Of a stretch of 64,000 nt of DNA, positions 13,770-22,925 are shown in pieces. A program made the translations under genes and the position numbers. The DNA lies in the NCBI RefSeq assembly GCF_029227915.1, contig NC_079879.1:12068720-12132719 (forward strand), written 5' to 3'. Position 1 is the first letter of the stretch. Each line of letters starts with the position of its first letter. Below the pieces are notes generated by a model, which worked only from the letters and a program-made list of their open reading frames with translations, ran no database searches and was not told the origin of the DNA. The stretch comes from Hydractinia symbiolongicarpus. Lineage: Eukaryota.

Positions 13770-15243
13770 ATGCTGAGAAGATTTAAAGCCTTGTCAATAC
13801 TGGGAAGCACTGCGTACCATTATCATTGCGTCGGGACTGCACGGACATCGTAGACTCAGGTTTCTCAGTCCAGACAAACACACGTTGCGGTTTTCCATCG
13901 GAAATCTTGGATTGGGCATTCCTCACACAAGGCAGGTCTTAAAAAGTACGACTTTCCTAAGCATACCCGTGTTCCCAGAGAAGGTTACAACTTACAAGAT
14001 TTACCTTGCTTGTGCAGCAGTCCCACGGATGGTAAAAGACTTCTGCTTCTTTTAGCGTTGCACTGAATTTATCCTTTAATGTTCAAAACTGGCAGAATAG
14101 GAGAAAAGTTCTAAACAATATGAAAACATTTTGAAATTTCAAACCGGGAAAGTTAGGAAAGTTTGCTGAAGTGTTTTGGCATGTTGAGCGTTCTTATGAC
14201 AGCAATTCTCGCACATTCGCAGCACGAGAAAATGAATCAACACGATAAGCAATAAAAACACGCGCATTATGGCCTCTCTACGCAATTTTGAACAGGTTAC
14301 AGATAAAAAAAACTCACACTATTTCTAGCTCCCTGAGTTTCAGGTATGTACCATCTCAACGATATTCGTTAATTTCGTAATTTTTCGATTCGGTTGGGGG
14401 TCGGAAAAACTTAGCTAAAAGAATGAATTTTTTTCCCCATGTGAGATATCATACAGAATCCCGAGGAACTACTCCATACGAACATTTGGAACTACACACC
14501 AAAAGTTAAGAACATGTTGAGAAGGTCTAAGGCTTTGTCAATACTGGGAAGCACTGAGTATCATTATGATCCCGTCGGGACCGCGCGGACATCGTAGACT
14601 CAGGTTTCTCAGTCCAGAAAAACACCCGTTGCAGTTTTCCATCGGAAAATTTGGATTGCACATTTCTCACACAGGCCAGGTCTTAAAAAGGTACGTCGTT
14701 CCTAAGCATACCCGTGTGCACAAGGAAAGTTATAGCTTACAAGATTTACCTTGTTTCCGCAGATGGTAAAAGATTTCTGCTTCTTTTAGCGTTGCACTGA
14801 ATTTCTCCTTTAATTTTCAAAACTGGCAAAAGACGAAAAAAGTTTTATAAAATTTGAGAACATTTTAAAACTTCAAGTCGGGAAAGTTAAGAACGTTTGC
14901 TGAAGTATTTTAGCATGTTAACGGTTCTTATGACAGTAATTCTCGCACATGCGCTGCACGAGCAAATGAATCAACACCATAAGCAATAAAAACACGTGCA
15001 TTATGGCCTTTGTGCGCAATATTTTAAGAAGGTTGCAGATAAAAAACTCAAACTAATTTTAGGTCTCTGTGTAAAAGGTATGTATACTCTCTACGGTATT
15101 CGTCAAATTGGAAATTTTTCGATTCGGTTGGGGGTCGGGAAAATTTAGCTAAAAGAAAGAATGTTTTCTCGATGTGTGGTGTCACACAGGATCCCGAGGA
15201 ACTACTCCATACGAACATTTGGAAGTAGACGCCCAAAATTTGC

Positions 15244-16867
15244 TGGGCATATGTGAGAAATACTGAACACCTCGATGACACAAATATACTGGGTAAGCAC
15301 TCAGCAATTAAAGCTGAAATGACCAAGGTTACAAAATCGCTTCAGCGTAATGAGAGTAAAAGTAGGACTGTTCGGATTCTATCTACTTTGAGGAGACATC
15401 TCGGGTGAAAAAAAGATGATAATCAAACAAAGAATCCGTAAAGAGATAGCGAAGTTACTTCTTGCTGCTCGACAATGTTGACTATATGGAGATTTTTAGG
15501 CAACAAATCTGTTAATTTAATAATTCTCTCAATGGACTCTTGCCTGCACAGCTTGTTAGTATTTGCTTGTGATTGCACCTAAATTATCAGTAAGCGCGAA
15601 CTTAGTACGACGAAGATGACTGTACTTCACGGGCTTTACTCATAAGAACGCTCAACATGCCAAAATACTTCAGCGAACGTTCTTAACTTTCCGATTTGAA
15701 TTTTCAAAATGTTCTTAAATTTTTTTAACTTTCTCCTTATTTTCAAAGTTTTGAACTTTAAAGGAAAATTTCAGTGTAACGTTGAGAGAAGCAGTAACCT
15801 TCCCTGAAAGCAAGTGTATGCTTAGGGAAGACATACTTTTCAAGACCTGGACTGCAACGTTCGCGTGATGCAGGTTTTCCGATGAAAAAATGCAACTGGT
15901 GCTTGTCAGGACTGAGAAAACTGAGTGTACGATGTCCCCGCAGTCCCGCTGCGATCATAAGGATACTCAGTGCCTCCCAGTATTGACAAGGGCTTAAATC
16001 GTCTCAACATGATCTTAACTTTTGGCGTCTAGTTCCAAATGTTCGCATGGAGTGGTCCCTCAGGACTTTGTGTGTTACCACATATGGAGAATACCACTCC
16101 TTCTTTTAGCTAAAGTTTCCCTACCCCCAACCGATTCGAAAAATTTCCAAAATGACGAATACCGTACAGATGGTACGTACCTTAAACTCACGGACCTATA
16201 TGTAGATTTAGTTTTATATCTGTAAATGTTCAAAGTATTGCGTACAAAGGTCATAATGCGCGTGGTTTTATTGCTCATGGTGTTGATTCATTTGCTCGTG
16301 CTGCGCATGTGTGAGAAATAGTGAACACCTCGATGACACAGATAAACTGGGTAAGCGTTCAGCAATTAGAACTGGAATGACCGAGGTTACAAAATCGCTT
16401 CAGCGTAATGAAAGTAAAAGTAGGACTGTTCGGATTCTATCTACTTTGAGGAGACATCTCGGGTGAAAAAAAGATGATCATCAAACAAAGAATTCGTAAA
16501 GAGATACTGGAGTTACTTCTTCCTGCTCGACAATGTTGACTATACGGAGATTTTTAGGCAACAGATCTGTTAATTCAACAATTCTCTCAATGCACTCTTG
16601 CCTGCACAGCTTGTTAGTATTTGCTAGTGATTTCACCTAAATTATCAGCAACCGCGAACTTAGTACGACGTAGATGACTGTACTACACGGGTTTTAGTCA
16701 TAAGAACGCTCAACATGCCAAGATCCTTCAGCGAACGTCCTTAACTTTCCGATTTGAATTTTCAAAATGTTCTTAATTTTTTTTTAACTTTCTCCTTATT
16801 TTGCAAGTTTTGAACTTTAAAGGAGAATTTCAGTGCAACGCTAAGGAAGCTGTAATCTTCTCTGAGC
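15244..16867 (-). repeat. Satellite variant in reverse orientation. Two ~1060-bp units, each reverse-complement satellite plus a ~390-bp unrelated insert (15245-15640 and 16305-16700).
   Basis: Satellite orientation flips at 15243/15244 (GACGCCCAAAATT|TGCTGGGCATATGTGAG). The 390-bp insert sequence is duplicated 1060 bp apart. Confidence 0.7.
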
Positions 16868-16970
16868 GCTTGTTGAAGGGGTTGTTGAGACATCGAAACC
16901 TGTCGGAGCCTGGTAGAGAGATGTCAAGCTCTGATAGAATTTTGCGGATCTGGATGTAGACGTGGAAGCG

Positions 16971-17285
16971 TTAGACGGCACGAACTAGAGGCAAAGAGGC
17001 GGTCAGATGATGCATGGAAATGCCACAAGCGGATGTTGCGCAGTAGGTAGCGAAGTTAAGCTGAGTAGACCAGAGACTGAAAGGGTGACTCTGCCACTTC
17101 TTTACTGCTGTGCCTGAGTGGAATTCATAGTCGACAAAGATGTCTGGAAATTTCACCATGAACGAGGACCCCTGCGCGTCAATAACGATGTCCTGCACTA
17201 AGAGGTCATCTCCCTTGAGCCTCTCCAGATATCTCCCGTGATTGGGCGCGTACTTTGCCTTCGGGTTGTACGAGTAAATGCTCAT
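16971..17285 (-). CDS. Hypothetical protein (element ORF-6 homolog). Arm-1 copy has the intact N-terminus MSIYSYNPKAKYAPNHGRYLERLKGDDLLVQDIVIDAQGSS and is C-terminally truncated by the arm boundary.
   Basis: ~95% aa identity to 32170-32661 (+). Confidence 0.5.
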   Translation of the reverse strand: MSIYSYNPKAKYAPNHGRYLERLKGDDLLVQDIVIDAQGSSFMVKFPDIFVDYEFHSGTAVKKWQSHPFSLWSTQLNFATYCATSACGISMHHLTASLPLVRAV

Positions 17286-17631
17286 ATTTTATTTAAGAAA
17301 CAGGGTAGCTCTGAAGTCTATTAGCATTTGACCTACGTGGTTGAACCTATACGCAAACGGTGATTTTGCTATATACACTGCAGGGTCCACGCCAGGGTCG
17401 CTAAGGGTCTCGAAGTCCGCATCCAGGTCATGAACGGTCTCTACAGGATCGAGGATCTTGCAACCATAGTCAACAGTCAGCCAGGAGACAAGATCAAGCT
17501 GTTCGTTTTGAAAAATGGAATCTGTAGACTCCGCGTGGCAAAGGGATACAACGTCGTGATTCACGAACCACTGCAGGGGCTCATGGGGATAACCTTCGAC
17601 CGGAAGGTAAATTACTTTACCGAGGGCGACT

Positions 17632-18008
17632 ATGACAGATCGAGTAGAGCAGTACCTGCGGGGTGAGATTAAAGAGTGTGGCAAGCTCGTTAAAAAGTTC
17701 AAGATGAATGGCACGTGGGTGTGTTTTTGTGATCATGGGTTGTTGAGTATCAGAATTATCACCTCAGGTGTCGGAATGGGAGCGCTAGCCTCGGGGCTCG
17801 GTGCCCCACTATGCATAGCCGTGGCAGGTATAACCATTGCTGTGGGAATTGGGCGAGCGGGTCTGGGAAGAGACTGGGTGCAAAATCCAAGAAACACGAG
17901 GGGATAAGATTACTGGCAGAGACTAAGCTCAACTCAGTCATCGACCTGATCAGCAGGGCTGTGAAGAACGGTATTATCAACGACTACGAGTTCAGCCTGA
18001 TCATGTAG
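17632..18008 (+). CDS. Small membrane protein with a glycine-zipper helix (GVGMGALASGLGAPLCIAVAGITIAVGIGRAGL). The arm-1 copy is frameshifted near 17880.
   Basis: ORFs 17632-17907 and 17811-18008 together match 31187-31384 (-). TM/Gly-zipper composition. Confidence 0.4.
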
Positions 18009-18205
18009 GAAACGCAAAAATACATGATGCTGAAGGAGTATATCAGACAACGTGTGAAGCGGATCGTTAGACACAATCAATGAACGAGAACGTCTGCAGC
18101 TTGTTATAAAGGGTCTGTCTGCAGCTTGTTATGAAGGGTCAATCTGCCTGCATTTTCATAGATCTCTCGAGCCTAGTGTGTTAAACAACACACTGGATCA
18201 GCTGC

Positions 18206-18508
18206 CTACTCGATATCGAGTACTTCTCCAGTGTCTTGATCGATGATAAGGCAGCCATCATATACGACACGTCGCTGCGTTTCAGCGAGCTCTGTCGAGT
18301 ATTGCTCAAGATTATTCGGCCACGCAATTTTGGTACAGGGTTCACAATAGGGACCGTCTCTCTGTGCTGAGGCATCATTGTGCTTGGCCTTGCAGATCGC
18401 CTCGAGAAGAGGGGCCTTATTCATCGTTGAGTAACGAGGAATCTTCAGTTCCCTCTCTTCTTTTTCTGGTTCGTCAACCTTCATGTTTGTTTCTATGGTT
18501 GAAGACAA
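18206..18508 (-). CDS. Hypothetical 100-aa protein (element ORF-3 homolog).
   Basis: Conserved inverted copy at 30677-30976 (+), ~85% aa identity. Confidence 0.5.
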   Translation of the reverse strand: MSSTIETNMKVDEPEKEERELKIPRYSTMNKAPLLEAICKAKHNDASAQRDGPYCEPCTKIAWPNNLEQYSTELAETQRRVVYDGCLIIDQDTGEVLDIE

Positions 18509-18671
18509 CCATAGAGAGCCTTGACAAGCCCTTACAATACATTGAAGCTGTCGATCGTATCGTCATCAGAGTTTCTAAAGTAACAAGCGATGTATCTTTC
18601 AACCTCTTTGTATTTACACTCTTCCAGGTAGGTCTGCAGGTAGTAGTTTGAACCTTGCCTGTAGATGCTCG

Positions 18672-19253
18672 CTAGTTTGATGATGGCCTTACACTCACAA
18701 CTTTCCTTTTGTATCTTTTTCTTATGGAAGTTGGTTCCGACTTAACCATCCCACTGTTTGTTAAGTGATACCCTTCCAAGTATCCCACCTTGATCAGGAT
18801 TTTCTCGTATTGATTTAGCCACTCAGGATAGCTGGCCAGATCGAATGACATAGTTAGCAGCTCCTCCTTAATCCTAGCCTTTTCAGCCTTCCTCTGCTGA
18901 TAGGCAGAGAGTAGTTCAGGCTCATCCTCAGAAACCCTGAGGCACATGTCTCGCGTCTTGAACCAGTCCGGCACGTACTCCAACATGCGGGGATACTTTT
19001 CAACAGCCTTGCTACACATGTCTTGAGTCTTGAATTGATCCGGCACGTGCCTGAGCATCCTAGGATACTCCTCAACAGCCTCGCTGCATATGTCTCGTGT
19101 CTTTAACCTGTCGGGGATATACTTGAATAGGTAGGGATTCCTTCTAACAAACTTGTTGCACATGTCTTGCGTCTTAAATTGATCTGGCACATACCTGATC
19201 AGTGGGAGATCCTGTTTAACCAAATTTTTCCACCTTTCTTGCCTCCAGCTCAT
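18672..19253 (-). CDS. Repeat protein with ~23-aa tandem repeats (YVPDQFKTQDMCNKxVxxNPxLFK). Resembles DUF4116-type repeats. The arm-1 copy is fused to the next ORF by a deletion.
   Basis: Four tandem repeats in the translation. Homolog 29428-29883 (+). Confidence 0.5.
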   Translation of the reverse strand: MSWRQERWKNLVKQDLPLIRYVPDQFKTQDMCNKFVRRNPYLFKYIPDRLKTRDICSEAVEEYPRMLRHVPDQFKTQDMCSKAVEKYPRMLEYVPDWFKTRDMCLRVSEDEPELLSAYQQRKAEKARIKEELLTMSFDLASYPEWLNQYEKILIKVGYLEGYHLTNSGMVKSEPTSIRKRYKRKVVSVRPSSN

Positions 19254-19304
19254 CTCTATCGTAGAGACTTCCTCAACGAGGTGGTCAGACCTTTCAGAAG
19301 GGAC

Positions 19305-19559
19305 TTTCCCCTACTCAATTACACTTTTGCAATGTCAGCATATTTTCTTGTGAGGGCTACATGATTTGTGATATTGATGACGTCATTAGTTTTGGTGAAT
19401 GCGCGTGCACGTGAGCGGGGGGTGATGTGGTGTGTTGATGACGTCACAGTTTTTTGAGGGGGTGTTGAGGGAGCGTTTTTGATGTGGGGTTTGACCGGGT
19501 GAGATTGTCGAAGGAGGGCTAAAGTAATTATGATGACTCCCTAGTACTACTACTACTAC
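19305..19559 (+). repeat. Terminal repeat T1 of the pPolB element. Inner end CCCTACTCAA, two TGATGACGTCA palindromes, outer end GACTCCCTAG(TAC)5.
   Basis: Same ~250-bp sequence occurs inverted at 29122-29345 and direct at 35080-35360. Abuts satellite at ...TACTACTAC|GGTATTCGTCA. Confidence 0.8.
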
Positions 19560-20885
19560 GGTATTCGTCATTTTGGAAATTTTTGTGATTCGGTTGGGGG
19601 TCAGAAAAACTTAGGAAACAGAAATAATTTTTTCGTAAATCTGTAGTGTCAAACGGAACCCGAAGTAACTACGCCATGAGAATATTTCATACCAGATGTC
19701 CATAAATTTAGATCATGTTGAGAACATTAAAGGCCTTTTCAATACTAAGAAGCACAATGCTCTCATTGTGATGGTGTCGGGAAGGCCTGGACATTGTAGA
19801 CTCAGTTTCCTCAGTGCAAACAAACACCTGTTGCAGTTTCCCATCGGAAATTGTGCGTTGTCCATTTGTTAGACAGGGCAGATGTTAAAAAGTACTTTTT
19901 TCCTAAGCATACCCGTGTTCTCAGAGCAGATTTCAGCTTACAATTTTTAACTTGCTTCTGCAGCAGTGCTAAGGATGGTCAAAGATTTCTGCTTCTTTTA
20001 GCGTTGCACTGAATTTCTCCTTTAAAGTTCAAAACCTGCACAATAGGGAGAAGGTTAAAAACAATTTAAGAACATTTTAAAATTTCAAATGGTGTAAGTT
20101 AAGAACGTTTGCTGCAGTATCTTGGCATGTTAAGCGTTGTTGTGACAGTAATTCTCGCAAATGCACATTAGAAGCAAATGAATCAAAACCAAAAGCAATA
20201 ACAACATGCGCAGAATGGACTCTGTACGCAATGTGGAACATGTTACAGATAAAAAAAAATTCAAACTAAGTTTAAGGTATGTATTATCACTACGTTAAAC
20301 TTTATTTTTGAATTTTTTAGATTCGGTAGGGAGTGGGAGAATTTAGTAAAAAGAAATAATTTTTTTGTGAATCTGCGGCTTCGCACGGAATTCGGAGGAA
20401 CTGCTCCATGAGAACATTTGTCACCCAATGCCCATAAATTTAGATCATGTTGAGAACATTAAAGGCCTTTTCAATACTAAGAAGCACAATGCTCTCATTG
20501 TGATCGTGTCGGGAAGGCCTGGACATTGTAGACTCAGTTTCCTCAATCCAGAAAAACGCCCGTTGCAGTTTTCCATTGGAAAGCTTGCATTTAGCATTTG
20601 TTAAACAGGCCAAGTCTTAAAAAGCACGACTTTTCTAAGCATACCCGTGTTCTCAGAACTATCTTGGCATCTTAAGCGTTCTTATGACATTAATTCTTGC
20701 ACATGCGAAGTAGAAGCAAATGAATCAAAACCGTAAGCAATAAAAACACACGTATTATAGTCTCTGTACGCAATGTTTAACATGTTACAGATAAAAAGAT
20801 TCAAACTAGCTCCAGGTCCCTGAGTTTAAGGTATGTTTAATTTAGCAAAAAGAAAGACTTTTTTTGTGAATCTGTGGTGTCACAC
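19560..20885 (+). repeat. Degenerate satellite-derived segment (~75-80% to array consensus) separating T1 from the next element end.
   Basis: Recognisable satellite head/tail blocks (ATGTTGAGAACATTAAAGGCCTTTTCAATACTAAGAAGCAC...). Confidence 0.7.
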
Positions 20886-21100
20886 GGAGTAATAGTAGGG
20901 GTTCATGATGTGTACAGTGACACTTTTCAACGGCCCAACTTCCACTTAAAAATCCCTCCTCAGCTACCCCTCTAAGAGACTATGACGTCACAGATGAATC
21001 ATACCTCAAATGAGTAAAACACTAACCTTTTTCACTCATGCATGTCATCATGCTCAACTTTAGTAGAAAGGGGGAATTCCCTACTCAAATTTTGAATGCT
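20886..21100 (+). repeat. Variant terminal repeat T' (GGAGTAATAGTAGGGG ... CTATGACGTCACAG ... GGGGGAATTCCCTACTCAAATTTTG) immediately upstream of the pPolB start.
   Basis: Abuts satellite at ...GGTGTCACAC|GGAGTAATAG. Shares the CCCTACTCAA inner motif and one TGACGTCA with T. Mirrored at 28755-28968. Confidence 0.6.
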
Positions 21101-21135
21101 AGGTTCGAGTTTGGAATGTACTTATAGCAAAGAGA

Positions 21136-22925
21136 AATGAGTTAGTTCAAGAATGCGATCTGCCAACATTACAGCACTGCATCAGCGCCGGTAGCAGGAC
21201 CTCGCGACCTACTTGCCGCTCGATTAAAGGACGTGCGAGATGCTGTTACTCTTATTATAATACGGTAAAAGAACAAATTTTGAGAGGGACAACGCCTCAG
21301 GATTATGTCAAACAGGAAGCACAGCAAGACTACTACGATACGGAGGAAAAACGAGAAGAATATCAGTGGATTGAAGACCTCAAACACATGTTCCCTAGAG
21401 AGAAGAAGCAGGCCACGGACCTAGAAGGAATCCAAGACATTCAGCATATTTTTGACGATAAGGATATAAAATTGTTATAAGATGGAAATAGAGTTAAAAT
21501 TTAGAGAATCAACAAGAATCTGAACCAACAACTAACGGATGCGATCATGCGAAAAATTGCACCATACGTAGACATGCGAGTAAATGTTGTTTACAGCTTC
21601 AGCTGTGATATTCACAAAGGTGGAGGTGGTGTATCTCCGTATCACAAAAGTAAGACCTCCAGGTCGGTATCAAGCATCGCAGAAATCGAAGTATTCATAG
21701 AAGAATGTGAAATGACGCTTTTTAAGGATAGTGAGTTTTGGAGTAAAGTATATTTACCGCCAGTCAGAAACCGAGACCCCAAGAGCATATTAAGGAAAAA
21801 TCGTCTTCGATCATGTGCAGATCAAGTTTATAAGCAAGCGTGAGACTTTTTTGGGATGCGGCCCTGTTTTAAATTGCCTGCGAAGAAAGAGATGCATCTA
21901 CAACTTACATAAGGAAGATGAAAGAACTGCAAAATTGGTGAGTTTGTCGATGTCTTGCCATAAACTATCGTGTAGAGAGAAAGCAGCGCGAGAAGCATAT
22001 CACACAAAAAGCCCTCAAACTAGCTCGCAAGTACTATGAGAACCCTAACCTGAAGCGTAAAGACGTACGTTCTACGAAGGTTGTAGATTTCCAGGATATA
22101 GCGAAGCTTTTCAGTATCAACATTAGACACAATCAACCTTGGTATGCTGGATGGACACTGCTTCTACATCAAGGATTTAGACGTACTGGCGCAACAGAAA
22201 TGGGAATGTGGGGTATGCATATAATATAATAAGGGAACAGGGATACAACCTCATCACAGCCTGAGAATGTGACGATCTTCCCAAAACCAAGAAGTACACC
22301 GGTAAGTGTCGCCATTCACGATAGACTTAATGGAGATCCAACGTTCATCGAGCACGTGGACCGAAAATTTTGGTTAAACAGTTAGTGGGGCAGTTGGAAA
22401 GGAGGCATACCCTCATCGTGGAAGAAGTCAAGAGAATGTACCCAAAGCCTGACGATTGCAACATGCTTTCCAAAAAGATCTAGGATGCGTGGAACGAGTG
22501 GGTAAACTAGGTTGCTGTAATTGGTTTTAACAATGGCAAGTATGACATCAATATGATCAAGTGGTACTTTGTGGAGAAAATTAGCTATAGCGATAAGATC
22601 AAATTGGCGAAGAAAGACAACGAATGCATGTTCCTCAAAACCTTGACGTTTAAATTTCTCGATATCAAGATTTCCTCGCTCCTGGTATGAGCTATGACAG
22701 ATGGTCTCTGGAATGTAAACTAAAAAAAAGCTCGTGTTTCCGTACGAGTGCTTAACAAACTACGACAAGTTGAGCCAAGTCGGACCTGTCGCGCACAAAA
22801 ACTTCTACAGTAGTTTTAGTGGGAAAAACACGCTATCTCCTGAAGAGTACGAAACATTCCACGCAGAGTCTTACAACCAGCTTCATGTCACCATTCTCAT
22901 GACGGTGCCAGGCAAACAACTGCTT
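21136..22925 (+). pseudogene. pPolB 5' half, arm-1 copy: N-terminal region plus exonuclease domain. Nonsense at codon 3 (ATG AGT TAG), several frameshifts.
   Basis: ORFs 21280-21480, 21547-21843, 21815-22039, 22734-22964 match the arm-2 ORFs. Exo II-like NNGKYDINMIKWYF near 22530-22575. Confidence 0.6.

Larger units (their letters stand above)
1..15243 (+). repeat. Tandem satellite array. Long units ~735 bp (240-bp head plus ~495-bp tail) are interspersed with head-only ~240-bp short units. Every unit starts with ATGCTGAGAAGATTTAAAGCCTTGTCAATACTGGGAAGCAC.
   Basis: Direct reading. Unit starts recur at 36, 768, 1501, 2235, 2475, 3225, 3962, 4202, 4940, 5682, 5922, 6162 and so on. The six-frame ORFs repeat with the same protein text. 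Confidence 0.9.
16868..19559. mobile_element. Arm 1, outer part: right-end fragment of the pPolB element (small-ORF cluster plus terminal repeat T1), truncated at 16868.
   Basis: Inverted homology to 29346-32505: ORF pairs 16971-17285/32170-32661, 17430-17666/31650-32048, 17632-18008/31187-31384, 18206-18508/30677-30976, 18672-19253/29428-29883. Confidence 0.75.

Noticed and set aside
1-15243. Dozens of 60-100-aa ORFs from the six-frame track inside the satellite (e.g. 1258-1482, 2595-2777, 4197-4499), with strikingly conserved protein text
   Set aside because: Conservation comes from tandem repetition, not selection. There are no start/stop-consistent long frames and no homology. The head-only short units would delete most of any such protein.
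17289-17714. 141-aa ORF antisense to element ORF-5
   Set aside because: It is intact only in arm 1. The sense-strand ORF is intact only in arm 2 (31650-32048). Neither can be confirmed, so the antisense one is left uncalled and the sense one given low confidence.
19386-19571. ORFs lying inside the terminal repeats (19386-19571, 35084-35275, 35126-35329, 29302-29484 N-terminal part)
   Set aside because: They overlap the conserved non-coding TIR (CRE palindromes, G-runs) on both strands and are not conserved as proteins between copies.
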